From Acaryochloris thomasi RCC1774 (GTDB lineage: Bacteria; Cyanobacteriota; Cyanobacteriia; Thermosynechococcales; Thermosynechococcaceae): 32,000 nucleotides of DNA. Of this stretch, positions 7,474-16,700 are shown in pieces (the stretch's first letter is position 1; each line of letters opens with the position of its first letter). The translations under genes were made by a program, and so were the position numbers. Under the pieces are notes generated by a model. It worked only from the letters and a program-made list of their open reading frames with translations. It did not search any database and was not told the DNA's origin. The stretch spans positions 1-32,000 of the forward strand of contig NZ_PQWO01000032.1 in NCBI RefSeq assembly GCF_003231495.1, read 5' to 3'.

Positions 7474-7506
7474 GCTCTCAGGGTCATACCTGGGAGCATT
7501 TTTTTT
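7474..7506 (+). terminator. Rho-independent terminator of the conserved 3' cassette module
   Basis: GCTCTCAGG-GTCATA-CCTGGGAGC followed by a T8 run. Preceded by CCACACCGTAGATA (7453-7466). Confidence 0.7.
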
Positions 7507-7511
7507 CGCTT

Positions 7512-7544
7512 CGACAGCTTTTTGCCCCACTTGCAATAGATAGA
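7512..7544 (+). promoter_or_regulatory. Conserved promoter/operator-like box, copy 4
   Basis: CGACAGCTTTTTGCCCCACTTGCAATAGATAGA. Followed by a different ~200-nt leader that shares only TAAGCCCAG and CAATTGCTC with leaders A-C. Confidence 0.6.
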
Positions 7545-7745
7545 TATCACAACCAACTTGTTTGGCGCATAAGCCCAGCAGATTAGTTTTTGTTGGCAGA
7601 GAGTCGGTGCGTAACCCGACTCATATTTTCAAGCCACTTAGAGCAATTGCTCAGCGATCGCTCCGAGTGGGGAGAGAAGGCCGTTGGTCTGCTAAGGCAT
7701 AGCCTTCGATTGCTGGAAACACCCAAGTCAGTCGGAGGACGACCA

Positions 7746-7985
7746 ATGGCAATTCCAGCGCACATCTGGAACAAGCACTTTCCTGAGAGTAATGCTGTGG
7801 TGCCCGAGCCGCAGTATGCGATCGGCGAGGAGGTTTACCTGAAACTTTGCCCAGAGAGGAGGTTTATCGTGATTCGGAACTACATAGCCTACGAACAACC
7901 GACGTCAGCCGGTGAGCGATGGCTAGAGTTATCGAGCTGCGATCGTCCTGCTTTCTGGAAAGAGAATCAGCTCCAGCGTGTGTAG
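7746..7985 (+). CDS. Small hypothetical protein (79 aa)
   Basis: ATG 7746 is preceded by a strong SD (GGAGGACGACCAATG). The track start at 7590 lies in the leader and is unlikely. Confidence 0.6.
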   Translation: MAIPAHIWNKHFPESNAVVPEPQYAIGEEVYLKLCPERRFIVIRNYIAYEQPTSAGERWLELSSCDRPAFWKENQLQRV

Positions 7986-8050
7986 ACGATAGGAGCCTGT
8001 GGTTATTCCACGGGTTCCTATGACCACCGTAATAAATATTGGAGAATGAA

Positions 8051-8584
8051 ATGAGTACTCAACTGATTACAGCTTTATCAACTGTCATTAACCAGCTAGA
8101 GAATGGTATCCGCTATCAAGTCTCTCGTGGGCTGCTGGATATGAAGAAAATGGACAGCACAAAGTACTGCCTAACCTCCCATTTGGTCAGTGCTCTAACT
8201 GACTTTAGCAATGTCACTCTTGAGCAGAAGCTATCGGATGGCCCCATTGGTCTAATTGCTGGGAACCTGTCATGGAAGACGGCAATGCAGTTTTGGGACG
8301 AATATCATCATCTATTGCAGCCAGGGATGGGCCTCTATGAGGTGTGGTCGTCTATTCAGTCTGCGGGCTTGACTCCTCAGGATCTAGAGGAGCTGGAGTT
8401 GCTAGGAAATCAACAGGTGAAGGAGCACTTGGGCGTACCTTCTGGGTATTACCTGGATAGCGATCGCTACGAGGTGGTGCTGAGGTACCTGACAGCATGG
8501 CGCGATCTTCTTTCAGAGAGTATTTCTCAGTCTCATGCGATCGATGGTGGCACTCAAAAGCAGCTAGCTGCTACGGCGTCTTGA
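8051..8584 (+). CDS. Hypothetical protein (177 aa)
   Basis: ATG 8051 follows ATTGGAGAATGAA, the same SD context as the cassette genes. No family recognised. Confidence 0.65.
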   Translation: MSTQLITALSTVINQLENGIRYQVSRGLLDMKKMDSTKYCLTSHLVSALTDFSNVTLEQKLSDGPIGLIAGNLSWKTAMQFWDEYHHLLQPGMGLYEVWSSIQSAGLTPQDLEELELLGNQQVKEHLGVPSGYYLDSDRYEVVLRYLTAWRDLLSESISQSHAIDGGTQKQLAATAS

Positions 8585-8679
8585 CTTGGTTGGAGTGAAC
8601 CTGGATAAGGCGAATCGTATTATTGCTTATCGAAAAGGAGTATTCATTCGCCTTCAACAACGTCAGCGGAGTAATTCAC

Positions 8680-8955
8680 ATGCATATTTTATTCATCACA
8701 GAAGATAGGCAGCAGCTTGAACAATCGTTGTCTCTCGACGATAGATTCACCGATTTATTCGCCCGACACCCGCTGTCTGCTCAGGAAGTACGGTTGATTG
8801 TCAATGGACGCAAGTACAACACCTGTTGTACTTGCGTTGCGACTCCTGTGGAGGCAGCAGCTTTGCCTGAGTTGGCTGTTGCGAATCTGAGAATGAATGA
8901 GGCTGGGGAGACTGCGATCCCAACTTCCTTGGATCTAGGAGGGCTGATCTCATGA
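8680..8955 (+). CDS. Small hypothetical protein (start uncertain; TTG 8623 is the alternative)
   Basis: ATG 8680 is preceded by GGAGTAATTCAC. The stop overlaps the next start (ATGA). Confidence 0.5.
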   Translation: MHILFITEDRQQLEQSLSLDDRFTDLFARHPLSAQEVRLIVNGRKYNTCCTCVATPVEAAALPELAVANLRMNEAGETAIPTSLDLGGLIS

Positions 8956-9140
8956 GGCACTTGGATTTGCTTGGGAGAGTGGGTAGTGGGAAATCTGTAT
9001 GCATCAGTACCCAATTGCAAGACTCACGAAGCGACAACAGCGCACCACTGCCTTTCGGTGGTTCGGCTGCTGTTGAGGCTGCAGACCTGCCTCCGGTGGC
9101 TTTGGACGATCTGCGGGAAAAGGGGACGCTTGATGAGTGA
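8952..9140 (+). CDS. Small hypothetical protein (62 aa)
   Basis: Supported only by start/stop overlaps at both ends: ATGA with the upstream gene and ATGAGTGA with the downstream gene. Confidence 0.35.
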   Translation: MRHLDLLGRVGSGKSVCISTQLQDSRSDNSAPLPFGGSAAVEAADLPPVALDDLREKGTLDE

Positions 9141-9450
9141 TTTCTTCGGCATAGCATCAAGGCGATTGTTGGGTCTCGTTGAGCAAATGGCTGATGAGTC
9201 CAGTGAATCTGCTGTGGCTATTCTAAGGTCGCCAGACTTGCGAGATCGCCTTGTTTCTTCTGACGATGGCGTGGTTTTGGAGACCCAGATTAGGCCGGAT
9301 GGCATTCATCGGACTGTACTTGGTTCCGATAAGAATTTTTTCGCGAATATTGCCTCCGGTCCTGGTCGCAACACCTTCGATGGGATCGTGGCTGGTGCAT
9401 TGAGGTTGGTAAGTGAGAGCGATGGAGAAGGAGTGCGACCATGCAGATAG
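9133..9450 (+). CDS. Small hypothetical protein (105 aa)
   Basis: ATG 9133 (MSDFFGIASRR..). The upstream part of the track ORF (from 8971) looks non-coding. The 3' end overlaps the next start by 10 nt. Confidence 0.5.
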   Translation: MSDFFGIASRRLLGLVEQMADESSESAVAILRSPDLRDRLVSSDDGVVLETQIRPDGIHRTVLGSDKNFFANIASGPGRNTFDGIVAGALRLVSESDGEGVRPCR

Positions 9451-10973
9451 TGGTACAGAAAATAGGTGACAGCAGCGTTTTGGTGACACCTGACGGCCAG
9501 CCAATCCCATACGTTGATTGTGACGATTGGACGCTTCATTTGATGCCCCAGATTTTGATAAACAGTCGGGTTTCCTCCGTCTCTCTGATTAGGGCGAATC
9601 TGAAGTTGAGGAATGATGGCGCAGGTCCATTAGGGTTGCCGCATTTTACCTTTCATAACGTCCTGCCCATCGACGTTCAGATCACTCAGCCCTTCCCTAA
9701 CGAGAGCTTTTATGTCGCTGGGAGTGTTGATCGCAAGATGGGTTGGGAGTTTCCATTGCTAGAGAATCAGACCTGGGCCGAATTGTCTTTAACTTGGGAA
9801 GTTGATCAGAATCAGCCTTGGACGATCCATCACCGCATCAGATTCAATTTGGAGCATACACAGCAGGGTCATCTCTTCTCAATGGCGAGTGCCAACACTA
9901 TGTTTGGCATCAATTCTCAAAATGCGAAGGCGATCGCGCACTTCGATGAATCATCACTGGGTCATACATTCGCGAAAAGCGATGATTCGTTTCACTGCAG
10001 ATTTGATAAAAGTCACTTCCGTATTGATTTTGAGCAGACACTTGACCTCCAAAGCCATGCCTGGAGTGACGTGCCCCACCTTGAGTTGCTTGAGAATCAA
10101 ACCCAGCTCCACAATATCGAGCCAGCTACAACGTTTTCGACCTATCGCAAAGAGCATCTTTCTTGTGCTTGTTTAGAGATCCCCTCTGACGTTTTGCTTG
10201 AAGCCGTAGAAGATGCGCGACAAGAGACTCATTCATTGTCAGCGGGTCAGTACCACACTTCAAAAGCAGTGCGAAAGATTTGCGACTGGTGGAACCAGAA
10301 TGCCCCGGTCGAATCCTTTCGCCATGCGGGAGGCGTCGAGATTTGGTGTCGGGTCGAAGATGGTCCTGAATATTGGTCGGCTCAGGAGGAACGACCTGAA
10401 ACAGATATCAAGTGCCTCTTAAAGCTAGACCCGAACACCTGTGCCCGTTTTGGCGATCACTTTTTGATTTACTTCCTAGAGAAGCCATCGGAGAATCGCA
10501 TCGACGATAACGATACTCGCTATATCAACTATGTCGATGGAACAAGTTGCACGAATATCTGGGATGAAGTCGAATATAGCTACTTCTCTTGGCAGAGCTT
10601 GTCTGTACTTCCTACGATGTTTCCGGTTGCTTATGAGCAAGTGTTGGCTAAGGGATACAGCCTTACTTCGCCAGAGCGTTTAATTTCTCAGTACCAGAGT
10701 GGAGAGCGTCGTTTTCCGATCCTCGCGCTAAGAGGCGCTAACTTTTCTGGGATGGATTTACGAGGCATCGATTTATGGGAGAGCGATCTGCGGGGTGCCA
10801 ATTTTAGTGGTGCGAACCTTGAAGGTGCATGTCTGGTGGGTTGTGATTTGCGAGGGGTAGATTTCTCGTATGCCAATCTATCGCGCACTGATCTTCGTAA
10901 TGTGTGGATTAAAGCCACGAATCTCTATGGGGCCAATCTAGAGGGGGCAGATCCTTGGCCTCCAGGTGCTTAA
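9441..10973 (+). CDS. Large hypothetical protein with a C-terminal pentapeptide-repeat domain
   Basis: 510 aa with SD GGAGAAGGAG. The C-terminus reads YQSGERRFPILALRGANFSGMDLRGIDLWESDLRGANFSGANLEGACLVGCDLRGVDFSYANLSRTDL.. (A(D/N)LxX repeats). Confidence 0.8.
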   Translation: MQIVVQKIGDSSVLVTPDGQPIPYVDCDDWTLHLMPQILINSRVSSVSLIRANLKLRNDGAGPLGLPHFTFHNVLPIDVQITQPFPNESFYVAGSVDRKMGWEFPLLENQTWAELSLTWEVDQNQPWTIHHRIRFNLEHTQQGHLFSMASANTMFGINSQNAKAIAHFDESSLGHTFAKSDDSFHCRFDKSHFRIDFEQTLDLQSHAWSDVPHLELLENQTQLHNIEPATTFSTYRKEHLSCACLEIPSDVLLEAVEDARQETHSLSAGQYHTSKAVRKICDWWNQNAPVESFRHAGGVEIWCRVEDGPEYWSAQEERPETDIKCLLKLDPNTCARFGDHFLIYFLEKPSENRIDDNDTRYINYVDGTSCTNIWDEVEYSYFSWQSLSVLPTMFPVAYEQVLAKGYSLTSPERLISQYQSGERRFPILALRGANFSGMDLRGIDLWESDLRGANFSGANLEGACLVGCDLRGVDFSYANLSRTDLRNVWIKATNLYGANLEGADPWPPGA

Positions 10974-11026
10974 GAACCATGTATTGAGATATTTGTGTCA
11001 ACAACAAGTTTGGAGAATGTGAACGT

Positions 11027-11644
11027 ATGCAATCAACTAATGCCAAAGCCTCTACGCCAGTTGACGAGATCCTTCTGCCAGCTCAGGCTGCGGCGTTCCT
11101 GGGTGTGACGGAGGAGCAGTTGCACAATGCTGTGTGCCAGGGTTATCTACCTGGGGCTTGCATTGATGGTCAGTGGCGGTTTAGCAAGCGCGGGCTGAGT
11201 AAGTTCTGCTGGCAAAGAAACAATCACAACGGTTCCGCGCCCTGGCTTGAGAACTCCTGTGGTCCCTACTGGTTGGGCGATTGGGCTGAACAAAAGGCAA
11301 AAGGTGTGATCGAGGCTTATGAGGCAGGGGAAAGATACTTCCCTGGACTCTCCATAAAAGGTGGACGTTTTGATGGTCAGGATCTTAGTGGTATTGATTT
11401 TTGGGAGTCCGGCTTGAAGGGTGCAAGCTTTTCTGGATGTATTCTCAAGCAGGCCATTTTTGTTGGTGCGGATCTTACCTCAGCCGTATTCAGGAATGCA
11501 GATCTATCCGATGCAAACCTTGAGGGAGCTGTGGTTGAGGATGCTGACTTCAGTGGAGCTATCCTGAATCGGACTAACTTTGCGGTCAGCTTGATGAGTG
11601 GAGCAAAGCTAGATGGAGTCAGTATCAGCATGGTCTCCTTCTGA
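11027..11644 (+). CDS. Excisionase-type HTH fused to a pentapeptide-repeat domain
   Basis: The N-terminus LPAQAAAFLGVTEEQLHNAVCQGYLPGACIDGQWRFSKRGL has an excisionase/MerR-like HTH pattern. It is followed by YEAGERYF and pentapeptide repeats. Confidence 0.75.
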   Translation: MQSTNAKASTPVDEILLPAQAAAFLGVTEEQLHNAVCQGYLPGACIDGQWRFSKRGLSKFCWQRNNHNGSAPWLENSCGPYWLGDWAEQKAKGVIEAYEAGERYFPGLSIKGGRFDGQDLSGIDFWESGLKGASFSGCILKQAIFVGADLTSAVFRNADLSDANLEGAVVEDADFSGAILNRTNFAVSLMSGAKLDGVSISMVSF

Positions 11645-11716
11645 CGGTTCGACTCTTGTGAGCAACAGTATTCACCCCGGTTCATTTTCGTTCTTTGTGT
11701 CTGGAACTGAGTTTAT

Positions 11717-12388
11717 TTGTGTAATGTAGTTGGAGCATGGCAGCTAGTGGAGTTAATCGACAGAAGCATTGCTGTGTCAGGGTCGAGTGAGATAAACCTT
11801 GAAGATGCTATATCCCTAATTAGTCTGGACAAAGAGCATATCCTCTCTGATGTAGGTAGGGGGAGGATAAAGGCAACTCGTGTGAATGGTGAATGGATGT
11901 TCGATCGTCAGGATTTATGTGTCTATCAGTACTACTACTATCCAGATTGTGATCAGTTAGAGCCATCAACTCTCTCTTTCCCGACGCCTTTGACCCCGGA
12001 GTCTGTATGGCGTGAGTACCAGCGAGGAGCGAGAGATTTCTCTTGCAGAGCAGTGAGCAACAATGCTGATTTTTCGTGTAAGTCATTGCCAGAAATTGAC
12101 TTTAATTATTCAAAGCTTGCGGGTGTTAACTTTGAAGGCTCAGACCTGAGGCAAGCCAACTTTCGCGATGCCAATATGTTTAGGGTCAACATGAGAAATA
12201 CAAAGCTGGCTGGGGCTAGCTTTGAGGGCGCTGAACTGCGAATCGTAGACTTCTCTGGTGCAGACCTAACCAATGTTAATTTCGGTGGTTCAAAAATCGG
12301 AAAGATTCAGCTCCAAGACGCAATCATTCGGAACACCCAGTTTTTCGAGGGAATTCTGTTGACAACAGTAAAGCCAGATTATCGGTAG
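11717..12388 (+). CDS. Excisionase-type HTH fused to a pentapeptide-repeat domain (start uncertain: TTG 11717 or GTG 11747)
   Basis: ISLDKEHILSDVGRGRIKATRVNGEWMFDRQDL, then YQRGARDF and repeats (VNFEGSDLRQANFRDANMFRVNMRNTKLAGASFEGAEL..). Confidence 0.75.
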   Translation: MCNVVGAWQLVELIDRSIAVSGSSEINLEDAISLISLDKEHILSDVGRGRIKATRVNGEWMFDRQDLCVYQYYYYPDCDQLEPSTLSFPTPLTPESVWREYQRGARDFSCRAVSNNADFSCKSLPEIDFNYSKLAGVNFEGSDLRQANFRDANMFRVNMRNTKLAGASFEGAELRIVDFSGADLTNVNFGGSKIGKIQLQDAIIRNTQFFEGILLTTVKPDYR

Positions 12389-12408
12389 ATCGGTAGAGAG
12401 GAAATTCG

Positions 12409-12792
12409 ATGATTCAAGTTCCATCAGTAGAGCGGCAGATACCTCGGTACTGGTCTTCCAGTAAGCCAAAGTACCCTCTCCATGTGAGAACGGTGACTAT
12501 AACAGGGCACAGTGGTTTCATAACGGGCGTGGAGCAGTGTTTCTCAAGTGAGGGGATTGTATGGCGATACCAAATAACTTCCATTGAAGGCAGCGAAGTC
12601 ATTGTTTGGGATGACAATGGAGAGAAGGTGATAGATATTGCCCCAGATTCCAATCGTGATATCTACCAGCCCTCTTCAGAATTGGTAGCTCATCTCACGT
12701 CATTTGCCGATGAGCTTGAGCAACAAGAATTTAAGCGGGAACAGGAATCAGAACAAAAGGTTGATGAGGGTTTTGGTATTGATGATGACTGA
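12409..12792 (+). CDS. Small protein carrying the shared C-terminal module and acidic tail
   Basis: 127 aa. Residues encoded by 12577-12789 align with 1045-1263 (83% nt identity over a 42-nt core that I compared by eye). Ends ..KVDEGFGIDDD. Confidence 0.7.
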   Translation: MIQVPSVERQIPRYWSSSKPKYPLHVRTVTITGHSGFITGVEQCFSSEGIVWRYQITSIEGSEVIVWDDNGEKVIDIAPDSNRDIYQPSSELVAHLTSFADELEQQEFKREQESEQKVDEGFGIDDD

Positions 12793-12796
12793 GAGG

Positions 12797-13105
12797 TTAA
12801 CCCCCCAACCCCCAGCACACCCCCAGCATCAGCCGACACCAGAGGTGCGCCAGCCGCTGCAGCAGGTTTGGGTACTTCCCCAGTCGTTGGGTACGGACGC
12901 GATCGCCCCAGCCGAGCCAGCGATGGATGAAGCGGTGGGAGCCGGGAGCCAGCGGGAGTAGGTCGATTCCGATCAGCTCGTGGCCGTATCTACGGTAGTT
13001 CGTATGGTGGACATGCGCGTACTTATAGGTGCGTTTCCAGGGGCACAGAGCGCAGCGGTAGTTCCAGCGCTTGAGCGTTCGTTTTCTCAGTTCAACTGCC
13101 GTCAT
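12797..13105 (-). CDS. Small HNH-like nuclease-motif protein
   Basis: CALCPW..(9)..HVHHTNYRRYGHE..DLLPLAPGSHRFIH resembles an HNH motif, but the second Cys pair is missing. Convergent with 12409..12792. Confidence 0.5.
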   Translation of the reverse strand: MTAVELRKRTLKRWNYRCALCPWKRTYKYAHVHHTNYRRYGHELIGIDLLPLAPGSHRFIHRWLGWGDRVRTQRLGKYPNLLQRLAHLWCRLMLGVCWGLGG

Positions 13106-13141
13106 AGTCTCTGTGTATCTTCTTCTTGGTACCCTGTCAGC

Positions 13142-13510
13142 ATGAGGCGAAAGATACCGCTAATGGATAAGGCGATCGCAAGTCTGTCGCTGCTGGGCGT
13201 TGTTCTGATTTTGGTTGCGGCATATCGTAATTTCTTGATCAATGGGACGCTTGCCACAATCGGCTTCCCGAGTCTGATGATGGTGGGCGTATTTTTCACC
13301 CTGCCAACAGTTGAGCTATATCGATACCGGCAGATAAAACCACTGGGTATGTCCTTTCGGGCTGTCATGGTTCTGATCGCAGATCGTTTGTTTTCCGGTG
13401 ATCAGCAGTTCGCTTCGATCTACTGGGAGATAGCCGCCGTTGCGATCGCCCTGCTGTTTGTCTTTTATTTCCCTCGGTTGTGGGGAATGGTAGCTCGTAA
13501 AGTTTATTGA
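13142..13510 (+). CDS. Integral membrane protein (about 4 TM)
   Basis: Start at ATG 13142 (MRRKIPLMDKAIASLSLLGVVLILVAA..). The upstream part of the track ORF overlaps the HNH gene antisense and is unlikely to be coding. Confidence 0.55.
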   Translation: MRRKIPLMDKAIASLSLLGVVLILVAAYRNFLINGTLATIGFPSLMMVGVFFTLPTVELYRYRQIKPLGMSFRAVMVLIADRLFSGDQQFASIYWEIAAVAIALLFVFYFPRLWGMVARKVY

Positions 13511-13758
13511 AATTCACTGATTAACCAGGACTTGTAGCGCTCAACTAAGGCCCGGATAAAGGCCCATTCTTCATCACTGGGATCTGAGAGAACGCCCAGG
13601 TTTTGCCAGCCCCTTTCATAGCAGCGCAACATATCAAAGGGTTCCAAGGACTTCAGCTTTTCCTTATCCGCTTGCCAGCTAATAGCTTCAAGGAAAGGGA
13701 GCTGTTCTGGAATATCGATTGCGTCCATTCGTTTGATCATTTCGTGCTTTTGCTCCAT
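13504..13758 (-). CDS. Small hypothetical protein downstream of the relaxase (84 aa)
   Basis: ATG 13758 lies 20 nt after the relaxase stop. The track start at 13866 would overlap the relaxase 3' end. No family recognised. Confidence 0.5.
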   Translation of the reverse strand: MEQKHEMIKRMDAIDIPEQLPFLEAISWQADKEKLKSLEPFDMLRCYERGWQNLGVLSDPSDEEWAFIRALVERYKSWLISEFQ

Positions 13759-13777
13759 CTTGGCAAATTTCCTCGCA

Positions 13778-16700
13778 TCAATACTCAAACCCTTCCTCTT
13801 GCTCCATTTCATACTCATGAGCCGCAAGCTCCTTCTCCAGCCAGGGACTTTCCTGCGCCCATTCATCCAGTGTCGAATAGCTCAAGTCGCTCAACTGATT
13901 ACCCCGCGCCAGCCAGTCGTCGATCCCCAGCTTGCCCTGGTCATTCCCTGGCATCTCGGCCACCTCCACCTTGGCTCCCTGTTGCTCTAGCAGCCGACCG
14001 AACCGATGCATTGCGATGGCAACATTCCGTAGTGTCTTGGTCTTCTCCGGTGGATCTTTGTCGAAGCACAGCACCACCGTCCGGCTCTGCCAGTTGTATT
14101 GCTTGAGATGTCCATCGAGATACCGCTGCTCATTGTCATCTTTGCTGTAGCCCCCATTGACGCCATTGAGAGCAATCGCATCAATACCCCTGGTATAGAT
14201 TGCAGCGCCCTTCTTGGCCCCTTCAGTAATCCAGACTTCCTTGGTTTCGTTCTTGATGTCATCGAGATCCTTGGCAAAGGCAAAGTGACTGCGGTGTGAG
14301 GGCAGGTTTTGTGACGCCTTTGGAATAGACTCGTACTTGCGTTCTTTCAGCTCTGGCTTGTAGTTTGCAGGCTTTTCCAGGTTCTGCACCTGACCATTTT
14401 TCAGGTAGATGGTGAAGCGATCCTTGTCCTTCTCCTCAGTGACGGGTGTATTAGGCTTGAGTTGCCCCCACGGTTCGCCATTGAACGGCCTGCCTTCACA
14501 CCAGAGTCCGCCCGCTTCAAGATGCTCGTATCGAGCTAAGAACTTTTCTACCTGAGCTGTGGTGTATTGGGTGCCGTGGCCTGCGAATTGCCCCATCGCG
14601 TAGTTGAGTAAATGTTCCTTGGCCCCTGGCCCATCGAGAGACCAGAAATACTTCGCAGCCACTTGGGGATGGATTGATGAATCTTTGACCAGCTCCACCC
14701 ACCGCTCTTTCTCGATGTAAGTGGGTCTCAGGTATTCCAGCGCTTGCAATCTCTGTGTTGTCCACACTCGTCCTGTCTTTTCTGTTGACTGCTGTGGAGC
14801 TTCGTTAGCTACTTGAGCTTCAGCCTCCAGCCTGTCCTTCTTCAGTACCGGCTTTTCAACTTGTGGCTGAGTCGGTGGCTGGGTGGGTTGCCTATCCTTC
14901 TTCAGTACTGGCTTCTCCACCACAGGTTTTGCCTTCTTCTGAGGTTTGGGTGTGACATCAATGCCCATATTCCGCATCTGCTCCGTTAATCTCTGCAGCT
15001 CCTCTCTCGACACCTCAGGATTGGACCTGAGTGTCTGAACGAGCAGAGCCAATCGCTGTACATCGGCCTGCTGCTCAATCCAGTTTTCAACGTGATCGCC
15101 TAGGCCCACAAAGACCTGCATGTGTTCGGCTATGGCATCCTGTTGCTGGGTCTCGTGAATCGCCTTAGCTAGCTCCTGCACCCCTTCAAGAGAAGGCTGC
15201 TGCCTCGTCATCTGCTCTAGGCTATGGCCCACATGGTTGAGCTTATCGGTGAGGCCCGACTCTAGCAGTGTCCCCACGTCGGCCTGCTGTTGAATTAGCT
15301 CAGCCAACTCAGCCATCTGTGGGTACTGCATCCACTGTTCCAACCTGCCGCTGACTTCAGTGATGACCTCAGCCACCTGCTCCATTGCTTGCTGTTTGGT
15401 GATGACCTCTGCCAACTGTTCGATGCCATGTTGTCCTCTGAGACGATCCATCACGCCCGAGAACTCAGCGGCCACCTCAGCAATGAGCTGTTGCTCCTGC
15501 CAGCCGTGTAATGCCTCCGCTAACTCCTGCACCTGTGGCCTGACGGTTGACGGTCCCGTGAACTCCCGAAGTAGCTCCATCACCTGAGCTTGATCGCCTG
15601 CAGCCATCGCCTCCACCATGCGCTGTTCGTTGGTCCACTGCCCCACAGCGTTAGTGATGTGATCTGCCACCCCTTTTGTGAGGCTCTGGTCAATCTGTAG
15701 CTGCAGAGCATCAAGCGTCTCTGAGATGAGGGGCAACGACTCAGCAAAGGTTTGTTCGATGTCACCTGAATGAATCACTTCAGCTAGTTCTTCTATACCC
15801 TCGAAAGTGATTCCTGATGGTCTTTGGTTCTCAACGACGCTAGCTAGCTCCTGCAGCTTTTCACCTAAGCCAGATTCAGCGATTACCTGCAGGTCCGCAT
15901 TCGTCTGAATCGCATCGGCGAGTTCAACGAGATTGTGATTCTGGCTTAGGTGCTGCAAGCGTTCTCCAAGTGCGGCACCCACCTCCAGCATGACCGCTTC
16001 AGCTTGGTTGTGTGAGATCGCATCTGCGAGTGAATCAATGGAGCTTGAGAGATCAGGTTGATGAACCTTCTCTTGAGCCAGCTCCAGTGATTTGTCGATG
16101 GTCAGTCCTAACTTTTCTAGCGCCTGATTGATGCCCGGTAGCGTTTCCGCCAATACTTCCTGAGCATTAAAAGTATTGATGTCGTTGGCTAGTTCGTTGA
16201 TGGAGCGTTTGAGGGCTGCATCTGATTGGTCTCTAGAGACGTTGGCAGGCTCGCCGTATCCGGTAGATCGATCGTCAGTGATGAGCGACCCGTTAGCCCG
16301 TGCCGCTTCAACTCTCCCACTAAGTCTTGCAACTGCTCCATCCAGTCTTGATTGGTGCCCAGCATCGAGACGTTGTTGAGCTGCGCGTCGTTGATTTGGG
16401 TCATCAAAGCGTCGAGCCTTCCGTAAAGCTGCTTGATGCTCTGGGCTAGGTCGTCGTTCTTCTTGCCCTTCAGCGCTTCGCTCAGTGCTTCGGTGAACTC
16501 CATCAGATGCCCGTTGAGAACCACTGGCATTGTATTCATCGACTGATTGACCAATTGATGCACCTTCTTGTGTCTGGCTTCGTTGTTCTCGTTGAGCTGT
16601 TGATTGTGCTGGATCAAGAGCCGATTCTGTTGCTCGACTGACATCAACCGTCCGTTGGCTGTCTCCAACTGCCTGCTTATGGTTTGGTTCTGCTTCTCGA

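Noticed and set aside
12704-12961. 85-aa plus-strand ORF overlapping the ends of 12409..12792 and the HNH-like gene
   Set aside because: It is an off-frame, antisense overlap with two better-supported genes, and its product is a Pro/Gln-rich low-complexity sequence.
13603-14299. Plus-strand ORFs (13603..14106, 13733..13990, 13932..14150, 14099..14299) and other short ORFs inside the relaxase gene
   Set aside because: They are antisense or off-frame shadows of the Toprim-domain coding region. Their sequences are Pro/Ser/Arg-rich with no motifs or ribosome-binding sites. Only the 16189..16773 ORF stood out (own SD, coiled-coil character), and that one is reported separately.
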